Shown here: piece after piece, positions 29,720 through 40,391 of the stretch
Layout: each line of letters begins with the position of its first letter
Position numbering within the stretch: the first letter of the stretch is position 1
The notes under the pieces: generated by a model
Databases searched by the model: none
What the model was told of the DNA's origin: nothing
What the model saw: the letters and a program-made list of their open reading frames with translations, nothing else
Assembly (NCBI GenBank): GCA_965213705.1
Contig: OZ243913.1
Span: 3,456,001 to 3,520,000, forward strand
Direction of reading: 5' to 3'
From: Trueperaceae bacterium
GTDB lineage: Bacteria; Deinococcota; Deinococci; Deinococcales; Trueperaceae
DNA length: 64,000 nucleotides
Position numbers and translations under genes: made by a program

Positions 29720-29921
29720 GGCTGATTAGTTTGAACGGTCTGTAAACCCAGACTGGCTCGAGTGAGGGGTTTGACTCAGGAGGGGCCCGCAGACTTGTGT
29801 GGGTGTCAAACCCACGCTCGCATTTTCGGTCTTTCGACCTATCCTCCCGGCACGTGAAGTGCGGGAGGCCCTCCGCCTCGTCACCTCGGCTTGATTCCCG
29901 GTCAAGCTGAGGGCTTGCGCT
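29720..29921 (-). ncRNA. glmS ribozyme (GlcN6P-activated), variant with core insertions; 3-prime boundary approximate
   Basis: Minus strand: A|GCGCAAG at 29921, P1 stem CCUCAGCUUGA/UCAAGCCGAGG, GACGAGG, P2 GGAGGG/CCCUCC, and CUGCGG compensating GCAAG in P2.2. Lies directly upstream of glmS. Confidence 0.8.
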
Positions 29922-29935
29922 TCTCGAGTTTTAGC

Positions 29936-30463
29936 TTACGACCCCCTGTTCCACGGCTCGCCGACGACAAAAAACGAATGAAGGCCGCTTTTGACCCCGC
30001 TCGGTTCGATGACGCCGTCACGCACCAAGAGCGGATACAGCAGAATATCACGTCCCAAGGAAACAAGCTGCGAATTTGTCACTGCGCCGCGCATGTTGAA
30101 GGGCACGCTCCGCGGCGGGTAGACGAGCTGGTTGTTGAGGTTGCGCTCGATAGGCAAAGAGGTCACCGTGACCAAGGTGAACAGTGCGCCCAACAAGAAC
30201 CCGCCCACGCCGCCCAGCACTACGCTGGGCAGCGCCGAGCCGCGGCGGCGCTGGATGAGCGCGCGCCCTGCAAAGCCCAACAGCAAACCCGCCGAGAGCG
30301 CGAACAACAACCCCACGCCCGCGTTGCGCGTAAACACGACCAACAGCAGCCGCAACAGCGCGACACCGCCCACCCCGACGAGCAGGCCGGTCATCTTGCG
30401 CTGCGCACCGACGGCGGTGAGGGCGGCTACCCATATTAAGAGTACGATGTCGAGCCAGGTCAT
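29936..30463 (-). CDS. CvpA-like membrane protein
   Basis: MTWLDIVLLIW start and four hydrophobic helices; overlaps the pheT stop. Confidence 0.55.
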   Translation of the reverse strand: MTWLDIVLLIWVAALTAVGAQRKMTGLLVGVGGVALLRLLLVVFTRNAGVGLLFALSAGLLLGFAGRALIQRRRGSALPSVVLGGVGGFLLGALFTLVTVTSLPIERNLNNQLVYPPRSVPFNMRGAVTNSQLVSLGRDILLYPLLVRDGVIEPSGVKSGLHSFFVVGEPWNRGS

Positions 30464-32814
30464 CTGTCCCTGACAGCGTAGCCCTTAGCGGTCAGGACGG
30501 TGATGACATTTGCCATATAAGCGTCGACCTCCGCGTCTCGCAGCGCGCGGTCCGGATGCCGGAACTGTAGGCGCAACGCGACGCTTTGCTTGTCCTCGGG
30601 CACGGGCGGCCCCCGGTACACGTCGAAGGGGGTGACGGTCTCGAGTCTTTCCCCCGCCGCCCCGACGACGAGGCTTTCAAGCTCGGCGTAGGCCGTTGCG
30701 CGCGGGGTGACGACCGCTAGGTCGCGCTCGGCGTGCGGTTGGCGCACGACGTCGCGAAATGCCAACTCGGCTCCGACCAGGGGCAGCCCGAGTTCCGCCA
30801 CATAAACCTCGCCCAAGTCGTAGCGGGCGGCAACTTCGGGGTGCAGGCGGCCCGCGCTGCCAACGTCGCGCCCGTCCCACACTACCGTCGCCGAGACGCC
30901 GGGGTGCAGGTGCGGGTGGTCAGCACTTTCCAGCTGCAACGTCACCCCGAGCGTGGCGGCGAGCTTGTCCAGCAGGCCCTTCAGCACGTAGAAGTCCGTC
31001 GGCTGACTCGGCAGCCAGCCGCCCTGCGCCCAGGGGCCGCGCAGCAACAGGCCCAAACGCTCCTGTTCCGCAGCCAAAAATACCCGCCCGACTTCAAACA
31101 GCGCCAGCGACTCGGCCGCGTGGTTGGTGACGGCGGCGTTCAGCAAACTCGGGTAAAGCGCCGTGCGCAGCACGCTCCGCTCGGCACCCTGCGGGTTGAC
31201 GAGTCGCACCTGCGCCCCGGGCGCGGCGGCGCGCGCCAGCTCGGCGTCGCTGCTGAACACGTAACTCATCGTCTCTTGCAGCCCCAACCCGGCTAAAAGC
31301 AGGCGCAACTTGCGGTGGGTCGCGTCGGTCTCACTCGGGACGAAGTGCATGGCGGGCACGGTCTCAAGGATGTGCTCGTAGCCGTACAGGCGCGCGACCT
31401 CTTCGACGAAGTCTTCTTCGATGGCTAAGTCGAAGCGCCAGCTCGGCGGGGTGACGCGCCAGTCGTCTGCGGCTGAAACCTCGACCGTGCATCCGAGGGC
31501 CTCCAGGTAACGCCGCTGTTCGTCCAGGGGTACCTGCAAGGTTGTGAGAAAGGCAACGCGAGAGGGCCGGAAAGCGGTGGCTGCGCGCTCTAAAACGTCA
31601 CCGACGACGGTGATTCCTGGACGAACCGTCCCCCCACCCAGCTCGGCGATGAGGTGGGCGGCTCGAGCCGAGGCCGTGGGCGGCAAGTTCGGGTCGACAC
31701 CCCGCTCGAAGCGGGTGTGGGCGTCGGTTGAGAGGCCGTGGCGCTTCGCCGTCTTGCGCACCCCGACCGGTTCGAAGTGCGCGGCTTCCAGGGCGACGTT
31801 CGTCGTGTCCGCGCTGACGCTGTCGTGCAGCCCGCCCATCACCCCGGCCAGACCGATGGGTTTGGTAGCGCCTGCCGACGTCGCGCCGTCCGGAGTCGCG
31901 ATGACGAGGTCGTCTTCGCTCAGGTCGACGGTTTCTTCGTTCAAAAGCTCGAGCCTCTCCCCCGCTCGGGCCCGCCGCACCACAACCTTGTTCTCGTGTA
32001 AGGTGTCGAGGTCGTAAGCGTGCGACGGCTGACCCAGCTCAAAAGTTAAAAAGTTCGTCACGTCCACGACGTTGTTGCGCGGGCGTAAGCCGAGCGCGGC
32101 CAGGCGGCGCTGCAACCACACGGGGCTAGGCGCGACCGTGACGCCGTCGACGCGCCGCAAGGTAAAGCGGGGGCACGCCGCCGGGTCGTCAATTTTTACC
32201 GTGAGGCCGTCGTCTACAGTTTCGTCTCCAAGCTTGAGGTTTGCCGCAGGGTGTCTGTACGCCACGCCGAGCTTGGCCGCCAAGTCCCGCGCCACGCCCA
32301 ACACGCTGAAAGCGTCGGCGCGGTTGGGGGTGATTTCCAGCTCGAGCACCGTCTCTTCCGGCCACAGTTTCCCGAGTTCAGCCCCGACGGCAGCGTCCTC
32401 GCCGAAAACGATAATTCCGCCCGCGTAGTCGTACAGCCCCAACTCCTTCGGACTGCACAGCATTCCCTCGCTTGTTACGCCCATCACCTCGCGCGTTTCG
32501 ACGTTCAGGTCGGCGGCGGGCAGGTGCGTTCCGGGTTTAGCCAAGGCGCTCAGCATGGGGGCGCGCACGTTCGGCGCGCCGCAGACGACCGTGTAGGTGC
32601 TCGAGCCGTCGTCCACCTTGCAAACCGTGAGGTGGTCCGACCCGTCAAGCGGCGTCACCCCCGTCACCCGCGCCACAACTACTCCCGCGGGCGGCGCGGG
32701 CAAGGTGAACACCCGCTCCACCCCGAGGCCGAGCTGGGGCAGCAAGTCGGCGACTTCTTCCAAGGGTGGCAAACTGGGGACGAATTCCTTGAGCCAGCTG
32801 TAAGGCACGTTCAT
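30460..32814 (-). CDS. pheT: Phenylalanyl-tRNA synthetase beta subunit
   Basis: VPYSWL, VVCGAPN, SEGMLCS, ITPNRAD, RFERGVD, and a C-terminal FDX-ACB domain. Confidence 0.97.
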   Translation of the reverse strand: MNVPYSWLKEFVPSLPPLEEVADLLPQLGLGVERVFTLPAPPAGVVVARVTGVTPLDGSDHLTVCKVDDGSSTYTVVCGAPNVRAPMLSALAKPGTHLPAADLNVETREVMGVTSEGMLCSPKELGLYDYAGGIIVFGEDAAVGAELGKLWPEETVLELEITPNRADAFSVLGVARDLAAKLGVAYRHPAANLKLGDETVDDGLTVKIDDPAACPRFTLRRVDGVTVAPSPVWLQRRLAALGLRPRNNVVDVTNFLTFELGQPSHAYDLDTLHENKVVVRRARAGERLELLNEETVDLSEDDLVIATPDGATSAGATKPIGLAGVMGGLHDSVSADTTNVALEAAHFEPVGVRKTAKRHGLSTDAHTRFERGVDPNLPPTASARAAHLIAELGGGTVRPGITVVGDVLERAATAFRPSRVAFLTTLQVPLDEQRRYLEALGCTVEVSAADDWRVTPPSWRFDLAIEEDFVEEVARLYGYEHILETVPAMHFVPSETDATHRKLRLLLAGLGLQETMSYVFSSDAELARAAAPGAQVRLVNPQGAERSVLRTALYPSLLNAAVTNHAAESLALFEVGRVFLAAEQERLGLLLRGPWAQGGWLPSQPTDFYVLKGLLDKLAATLGVTLQLESADHPHLHPGVSATVVWDGRDVGSAGRLHPEVAARYDLGEVYVAELGLPLVGAELAFRDVVRQPHAERDLAVVTPRATAYAELESLVVGAAGERLETVTPFDVYRGPPVPEDKQSVALRLQFRHPDRALRDAEVDAYMANVITVLTAKGYAVRDR

Positions 32815-32902
32815 GACAAGCCTCCTGCGAAGAGGAAAAAGGGAAGGAAAAGGAGAAGGGGTTTAACCTTTTTCCTTTCCACTTTCCACTTTCTCCTGCC
32901 TC

Positions 32903-33979
<1,077 letters not shown>

Positions 33980-34346
33980 TCAACTCACGCTTGGCAGGTA
34001 AACAGCGAAGCTGTACGGCTTCTCATAGCCGTGAGTTTAGCTCAAGGGTTTGGGGCTGTCAACCGGAACCACGCGACTTTGGGGACGACGAGGTTTGGAG
34101 AGGGTTACTTTTAGAGACGATTACACTGCGGTGTCTGTTTTGCGGTATCTGTCTTGCGGTGTCTGTTTGTAGCAGGTTTCTTTTCTCGAGACCAGTGGTT
34201 TGCAGCGTGACTCTGGATCTGCTGAGAAATCCGTTACACGAAGTCGACCCGTCGCAACGCTTTGTGACGTCCGTCCGGCTGTGTCGTTCGGCATCCCCTA
34301 AACTGTTTACTCTTGAGAGTACACAACCTATTTTGGAGGTAAACTC

Positions 34347-34589
34347 GTGTTCGGAGGCAGCGTCAATATGGAAAAGTGGGTCGTGAGCATAAACGAGACG
34401 CAGTTGGCGTCGTTGAGCGAGGAACAGCGGAACTTGGGCACGGTGTTGCAGGGGCCGGGGGGCGAGCACTTTTTGGTCTTTCGGGACGGTTTCGTGGCGC
34501 TCAAAATGGCGTCGCAACTCGGCGCGACCTGCAAACCGGAGAGGGCGGCCGCCACGAACGCGACCAGCTACGCCCCGCCCGCCAACTGA
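34347..34589 (+). CDS. Small hypothetical protein (73-80 aa; alternative ATG at 34368)
   Basis: GGAGG precedes both candidate starts; host-like codon usage. Confidence 0.55.
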   Translation: MFGGSVNMEKWVVSINETQLASLSEEQRNLGTVLQGPGGEHFLVFRDGFVALKMASQLGATCKPERAAATNATSYAPPAN

Positions 34590-34608
34590 GTTAGGGGCAC
34601 GTTTCCGC

Positions 34609-35184
34609 TCAGGCGTCGGCGTCGAACACGTCGCAAAACCACGCGTTCCCCTGAAACACGGTGTCGTGGATGAGGCTGCCCCGGCCGCTTACACGCGCCT
34701 CGCCCCAAGCTTCGGCCTCGGCGTGGGTGGTGAACGGGCCGACGAGCCGATTCGCCTCGCCCGACCACGTGGCGGGGTTCAAGGGCAGGGCGAGTTGCCG
34801 GTGCTCGCCCTGGCGGTCGGTGACAACGCGGTAGTAAACATGGTTTTCGGCGTGAACGTCCAGGGCGGCCAGCCGCCCCAAGGCGTCGTCGAGACGTTTT
34901 GTTTCGGTAGGCGTCAGCGGGGGAAAGACCAGCAAGGTCGTCGCAGCGTCGCCCGGCACCTCAAACAAGTCGTAGTGGCGAAAGGCGGCGAAAAATACGG
35001 CGCTCGCCGCCGGTTGCAAGTCGGGTGCAACTTGCAGCAGGGGTGCGGCGTTCAGCATCTTGTAGCGCTGCGGGTCGCTGCGTTTCAGGTCGTCCAAGTC
35101 GAGACCTGCCGCCGCGGCGCGTTGCCGCGCGGCCTCGGTGGGGATGTGGTGCTCGAGCACACTGTTCGTCCTACCGTCTGTCAT
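34609..35184 (-). CDS. Hypothetical protein
   Basis: 191-aa ORF with GC-rich third positions; no motif recognised. Confidence 0.6.
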   Translation of the reverse strand: MTDGRTNSVLEHHIPTEAARQRAAAAGLDLDDLKRSDPQRYKMLNAAPLLQVAPDLQPAASAVFFAAFRHYDLFEVPGDAATTLLVFPPLTPTETKRLDDALGRLAALDVHAENHVYYRVVTDRQGEHRQLALPLNPATWSGEANRLVGPFTTHAEAEAWGEARVSGRGSLIHDTVFQGNAWFCDVFDADA

Positions 35185-35319
35185 AACCGTCCATAGCGCT
35201 CAGTTTAGCGTGTTCATGACGGGTCTTCTACCGCGGAAATTCGTGAACCGGGTATTAAGACTTCTTACCGTCTCCACCTTCGCCAGGTGCTAAGGTCTGT
35301 GGGTGAAAAGGAGGTCGGC

Positions 35320-36501
35320 ATGAACCCAACCTTGATTCGCTCGACCCGACTGCTGACGAAAACGCTGCTGACCGCTGCCCTGTTGGCCCTGGTGACCGCT
35401 CAGGCTCAGGACAACGTCGTCATCAGCCCACAGTCAATCGTCGTCAACCCCAAACCTGCGTTCGGCGTGGAGGTGTCGGTGGACAAAGACGCCAGTGGCG
35501 ACAGCGCGCCGAGTTACAACGTCGGTGAGACCGTCACCATCAGCGTCAAAGTCACCGAGACCGCCTACGTGTACTTGTTCAACGTGCGCTCGAGCGGCGA
35601 GATTCAGCAAATTTTGCCCAACCGCTACGACGACGCCGGCAAAAACAACCGTGTCCAGGCGGGCCAGACCAAGGTTTTCCCCGCACCGAACGCGCCCTAC
35701 ACGTTTTCGGTTGAAGGGCCGCAGGGTCTCGACAAGGTTATCGCGGTCGCCAGCAAGGAACCGCTCGACACCTCGACCCTCGCCGACTTCGGCCAGGACC
35801 CCAACTTCGCCTCGAGCAACCAGAGCGAACAGAGTTTCGCGCAGAGTTTGAGCATCGTCGTCACCCCCAAACCGCAAAACAGTTGGGTCACCGACACCGC
35901 GCTGCTCTACGTCGGCTCGGCCCCAGCGACGCCGGTCTACGGCACCTTGAACATCACCTCTACGCCGTCCGGAGCGGCGGCGTATGTAGACAGCCAGTTC
36001 GTCGGCACCACGCCGGTTCGTTTCGGCACGCGCGCTGGCACGCACACGGTCCGGTTGGAGCTGTCCGGTTACGCGCCCGTCAGCACCGACGTGACCCTAA
36101 ACGGCGGGCAGTCGCTGCCGGTCGACCTGAGTCTGGGCGGGAACGCCCCGCAACCACAGTCGGTTGCGGTCACTGCGCCACAAGCTCAGCCGGTAACGGT
36201 CAGGTCCGGAGCCCTCAGCGACTCACTCGGGCTGAACCTCTATCCGGGTGCAACGCTCCGCAAGCTCGAGCAGGACTCCGGCAAGCTCAAAGCCCAGTTC
36301 GACAGCGGCGCTTCGCTCCAACAAGTTTACGACGACCTGCACCGCCAACTCTCAGAAAACGGCTGGCAACGGACCCTGTTGCAAACCAAGGACGCGGCGA
36401 CCAAGCTGGAGGCCGACTACGCCCGCAACGGGCAAGGGTTGGACATCAAGCTCGACCACGAGGGCAAGAGCGGCAAGTACAAGCTCGAGCTGAAGTTTTG
36501 A
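35320..36501 (+). CDS. Secreted DUF4384 + PEGA domain protein (S-layer-associated type)
   Basis: AAGGAGG RBS, signal peptide, SPQSIVVNP, Y.VGE.V.I.V...AYVYLF, and PEGA motif TSTPSGA..YVD..FVGTTP. Confidence 0.8.
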   Translation: MNPTLIRSTRLLTKTLLTAALLALVTAQAQDNVVISPQSIVVNPKPAFGVEVSVDKDASGDSAPSYNVGETVTISVKVTETAYVYLFNVRSSGEIQQILPNRYDDAGKNNRVQAGQTKVFPAPNAPYTFSVEGPQGLDKVIAVASKEPLDTSTLADFGQDPNFASSNQSEQSFAQSLSIVVTPKPQNSWVTDTALLYVGSAPATPVYGTLNITSTPSGAAAYVDSQFVGTTPVRFGTRAGTHTVRLELSGYAPVSTDVTLNGGQSLPVDLSLGGNAPQPQSVAVTAPQAQPVTVRSGALSDSLGLNLYPGATLRKLEQDSGKLKAQFDSGASLQQVYDDLHRQLSENGWQRTLLQTKDAATKLEADYARNGQGLDIKLDHEGKSGKYKLELKF

Positions 36502-36552
36502 TACCCCGTCATTGAGAAGCAGCTTTACCGAGCAGCTTTACCGAGAAACAGC

Positions 36553-36588
36553 GAGGGCTCAGCAAATTCCGCTGAGCCCTCAGTTTTT
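36553..36588. terminator. Hairpin terminator between convergent genes
   Basis: GAGGGCTCAGC-AAATTCC-GCTGAGCCCTC followed by AGTTTTT. Confidence 0.7.
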
Positions 36589-36613
36589 GCCTGGCAGTCA
36601 GGGTTGGGACAGT

Positions 36614-37774
36614 TTAGGCCGGTACCAACACCTCGTCAAACACCGTGCTCAGGTGAGGTTTGCCCAAAATCTCACCGAGGGCGCTCATCAGGCGGGCGTA
36701 GTGCTCGAGCCGGGCGTTTTCGCCCATGAGTCCCAAGCGCCAGATTTTGCCCGCCGTTTCGCCCAGGCCGCCGGTCACGCTGATGAAGTGTTCTTCGCGC
36801 AAGCGGCGGCGCACCGACACGTCGTCCAAGCCTTCGGGCAGTCTTACGGCCAGCACAGTAGGCAGGCGGTAGGCCTCGGGGATAAACGCGCTGAAACCCG
36901 CGGTCTCGAGGGCGGCCAGCGCCGCCCGACCTACCTCTTGAACGCGGCGGGCACGGTTGTCGATGCCTTCGTCCAGCGCCGCTGAAATCGCCTCGCCCGT
37001 GGCCCAGTGGAGTTGCACCGGCACCGTGTGGTGGTACTTGCGGCCTTTTTCGCCGACGGCCCAGTAGTGCTCCATGCCGAGGGCGTCGTTGTACCAAGTT
37101 GTCACGGGCGTTTTGCGCTCCCGAATCGCGGCCATCGCCCGTGCGCTGAAGGCGACCGGGGCCAGACCGGGCGGGGCGGACAAGCATTTTTGCGAACCCG
37201 TGTAGGCGTAGTCGACGCCCCAGGCCGCCATCTCGAAGGGCAACATGCCGACCGTCGTCACCGCGTCGACGGTGTAGAGCGCGTTCACCTCGGCGGCAAC
37301 GTCGCCAATCGCTCGAACCGGGTTGAGGACGCCGGTGCTCGTCTCGCCGTGAACGGCGGCGATGAGTTTGGGCCTGACTTCAAGTGCGGCTTGTCGCACC
37401 ACCTCGACGTCGACGGGTGAAGAGGCCGGAAAACGCACCTGGGTAACGTTCGCGCCGAGCCGCGTCGCCATCTCGGCCATGCGCTCGCCGAACACGCCGT
37501 TGTTGACGACGAGCGCGCGGTCGTTCGCCTCGAGCAGGTTGGCAAACCCCGCCTCCATCCCGAGCGAACCCGTGCCCGAGAGCAGACTCGTGAACGCGTC
37601 CGGCCGGGTGCGGTACAAACGGTGCAAATCGGCGACCACGCGGTCGTTGTAGGCGAACACGTCCGCGTCCATGTGGCCGCGCATCGGCCAGTGCAGCGCG
37701 GCCAGGGCTCGAGGGTGTATCGGTGTGGGGCCGGGGGTCAGCAGCAACACTTCTCTCGTCAAGTCCATAAACAT
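36614..37774 (-). CDS. Class V PLP aminotransferase (alanine-glyoxylate/serine-pyruvate family)
   Basis: LLTPGP, SGTGS.GMEA, HGETSTG, VDAV, GSQKCL.APPG. Confidence 0.9.
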   Translation of the reverse strand: MFMDLTREVLLLTPGPTPIHPRALAALHWPMRGHMDADVFAYNDRVVADLHRLYRTRPDAFTSLLSGTGSLGMEAGFANLLEANDRALVVNNGVFGERMAEMATRLGANVTQVRFPASSPVDVEVVRQAALEVRPKLIAAVHGETSTGVLNPVRAIGDVAAEVNALYTVDAVTTVGMLPFEMAAWGVDYAYTGSQKCLSAPPGLAPVAFSARAMAAIRERKTPVTTWYNDALGMEHYWAVGEKGRKYHHTVPVQLHWATGEAISAALDEGIDNRARRVQEVGRAALAALETAGFSAFIPEAYRLPTVLAVRLPEGLDDVSVRRRLREEHFISVTGGLGETAGKIWRLGLMGENARLEHYARLMSALGEILGKPHLSTVFDEVLVPA

Positions 37775-37958
37775 CCTTGTCTGTAGCGCTCAACTCTCAA
37801 CACCAAAAAAAACGACCACACCTGACAGGCGGGTCATCGGGGATGCGACGCGTATCAAAAACGGGTCGCGGTCAAAAAGCTCGCGGCGCTAAACTCATAC
37901 TAGTGAGTAGTTTACACAAGATGGTGCTCTTTGTAAAGTTCGAAACTTCATACAGGGC

Positions 37959-37988
37959 AAAAAAGCGGAGGTGCAAGCACCTCCGCTC
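37959..37988 (-). terminator. secDF terminator
   Basis: GCGGAGGTGC-TT-GCACCTCCGC followed by TTTTTT on the minus strand. Confidence 0.75.
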
Positions 37989-38001
37989 AGAAAGCTTCAG
38001 C

Positions 38002-40242
38002 TCAGGCCGTGCGCCGTCTGGACGTGCTCGGCTTGCGCTGCCAGCGCTTGAACCACACCACCAGCGGCGCGAGGATGAAAATCGACGAGTAGGTGCCGAT
38101 GCCGATGCCGATGAGAAGTGCCGTGCTGAAGTCCCGCAGCACGCTGCCGCCGAAGAAAAACAGCGCCAACACCGGCAACAACGTGGTGCCCGAAGTCATG
38201 ACGGTGCGCGACAGGGTTTGGTTGACCGACCTGTCCACGATGGCCTCATAACTCTCGCTGCGACTCCTGCGCAGGTTCTCGCGGATGCGGTCGGCGATGA
38301 TGATGGAGTCGTTGAGCGAGTAACCCACCACGAACAAAATCGCCGCCAACACCGGAATGCTGAAGGTCGCGTTGATGAGGTCGAGCCCGCCCATGACGAT
38401 GCCGACGTCGTGGATGACCGCGATGATGGCGGCGACCGCGATAATCCAGTTCGGCCAAAAGCGCCAGGTCACGTACACCAAAATCAGCGCCAGGGCGACC
38501 AACAGGGCGTAAACGGCTCCCTGCCGCAGGTCCGAGCCGACCGACGGCCCGACGAAGTCGGCCGAGAGCAACCGGGCGTTCAGGCTTTGGGCCAGCGCGC
38601 TCGAGAACTGGTCGCTCGCTTCGTTTTCGCTCACGCCGGTGCGCACCGAAATGAGCTTGGTGTTGGCGAGTGCTGGGGTCGCGTCGGTGGCCGCGTCCGG
38701 CGCAGCGCCGACGCTGCTGATGGTGGGGTCTTGCACCTCTTGAACGAGCGCGCCGCTGCCGCTCAGGCCCGCCAGCCCTAAGGCGTCGATGGCGGTACGC
38801 ACGTCGTTGACGCTTGTGTTTTCGTCCACCTGGTAGAGCGCGGTGGTGCCGCCGGTAAAGTCGACGGACAAGTCGAGGCCGCGGACCAAGACGATGACGA
38901 GCGAGCCCGCCGCCAACAAGCCCGAAATCGTCATCACCACGGGCGCGAGCTTGATGAACTTGATGCCCGTAGAGTAAAAGCCGTTCGGCATGAGCGGCCG
39001 CTTAATTCTCAGGGTGAGCACGTCGAGCAAAAACGGCACCACGACGATGTTGACGAACACCGCCGCGACGATGCCGATGGCGAGGGTAATCGCAAACCCA
39101 CGCACCGGCCCCGTGGTGTACTGGTAAAGCGCCGCCGCCGCGAGAATGGTGGTGACGTTGGCGTCGATGATGGCGGACAGCGAATGGCCGAAGCCCGCCT
39201 TCATGGCGAGCCGCAAACTTTTCCCGGTGCGCAACTCTTCTTTGATGCGCTCGAACGAAATCACGTTGCCGTCGACCGCCGCGCCGATGGTCAACACGAG
39301 TCCGGCTAAGCCGGGCAGCGTGAGCACCGCTCCGAGCCCGGCCAACGCGCCGAAGATAAAAAGCACGACGAGCACAAGCCCGAAGGTTAAGACGCCGCCG
39401 AAAAGCGGGCCGTAGTAGAGCAAAATCGTCGCCACGACGAGTGCGCCGCCGATGAGCGCCGCGCGCGTACCCGCGGCAATCGAGTCCTGGCCCAGGGTCG
39501 GCCCGATGGCGCGAATCTCCTCGACTTCCAAGTTGATGGGCAGTGAGCCGCTGCGCAGCACGAGCGCGACGTTGGTCGCCTCGTCGAGCGAGTCCATCCC
39601 GGTAATCTGGCCGCTGTCGCTTATCGCACCCTGGATGCGCGGCGCGGTAATAACGTTGCCGTCCAGCACGACCGCCATCCGGTTGCCTATATTGCTGCGG
39701 GTAAAAGCGCCGAAGTCGCCCGCAAATTCGCGCTTGACGTCGAACAAGACGACCGCCCCGGTGACGGTTGCGCCGCCCAAGCGGTCGAAGTCCGCTCGAG
39801 CGTCGCGCAAAATCTCGCCGGTAAAGGCGGTCGGTTCCATGTCGGCGTCTACCAAGTCGGCGGCGAGTTTGTCACCCACCTCGGCCCTGACGACGCGGAA
39901 CTCGAGCACCGCCTGTTGGCCGATTAAACCCAGCGCCCGGTCCTGGTCGTCGGAGGAGAGCCCCGGCAACTCGACGACGATGCGGTTGCCGCCGGAGGTT
40001 TGAATGAGCGGTTCGGACACACCGAACTCGTTGATGCGGTTTTCAATCACGTTACGAGCGGCGTTCATGTCCTCGGGGGAGGGGTCGCCCTCTTGCGCCT
40101 GCAACACCACGCGCAGGCCCCCTTGCAGGTCGAGACCCAGCCTGAGCGGCTCGGCCGCCACGTTCCAGGGTTGCCACAGGTACAACAGCGAGGCGGTAAT
40201 CGCGGCGAGGACTATCACGCCGGTAAAGTTTCTTCGGTTCAT
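38002..40242 (-). CDS. secDF: Fused protein translocase subunit SecDF
   Basis: LGLDLQGG, RINEFGVSEP, IGPTLG, AVDGNV...ERIKEE, DFTGG, GYSLND...DRIRE. Confidence 0.96.
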   Translation of the reverse strand: MNRRNFTGVIVLAAITASLLYLWQPWNVAAEPLRLGLDLQGGLRVVLQAQEGDPSPEDMNAARNVIENRINEFGVSEPLIQTSGGNRIVVELPGLSSDDQDRALGLIGQQAVLEFRVVRAEVGDKLAADLVDADMEPTAFTGEILRDARADFDRLGGATVTGAVVLFDVKREFAGDFGAFTRSNIGNRMAVVLDGNVITAPRIQGAISDSGQITGMDSLDEATNVALVLRSGSLPINLEVEEIRAIGPTLGQDSIAAGTRAALIGGALVVATILLYYGPLFGGVLTFGLVLVVLFIFGALAGLGAVLTLPGLAGLVLTIGAAVDGNVISFERIKEELRTGKSLRLAMKAGFGHSLSAIIDANVTTILAAAALYQYTTGPVRGFAITLAIGIVAAVFVNIVVVPFLLDVLTLRIKRPLMPNGFYSTGIKFIKLAPVVMTISGLLAAGSLVIVLVRGLDLSVDFTGGTTALYQVDENTSVNDVRTAIDALGLAGLSGSGALVQEVQDPTISSVGAAPDAATDATPALANTKLISVRTGVSENEASDQFSSALAQSLNARLLSADFVGPSVGSDLRQGAVYALLVALALILVYVTWRFWPNWIIAVAAIIAVIHDVGIVMGGLDLINATFSIPVLAAILFVVGYSLNDSIIIADRIRENLRRSRSESYEAIVDRSVNQTLSRTVMTSGTTLLPVLALFFFGGSVLRDFSTALLIGIGIGTYSSIFILAPLVVWFKRWQRKPSTSRRRTA

Positions 40243-40320
40243 AAGGCTCCTAAAGGCAGTAGTTAAGTCAGTAGCTTGTGAGGGTTTGGAGTTGAAACGT
40301 GTTGACGAAGTGCGTTGGAA

Positions 40321-40388
40321 AGTACCGAGTACCTAGTACCGAGTCGAAAGTGTTTTTACTCGGTACTTTTCACTCGGTACTCGGCACT
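40321..40388. repeat. Inverted heptamer-repeat hairpin (AGTACCG units / ACTCGGT units)
   Basis: AGTACCG AGTACCT AGTACCG AGTCGAA AGT ... ACTCGGT ACTTTTC ACTCGGT ACTCGGC ACT. Confidence 0.8.
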
Positions 40389-40391
40389 ACT

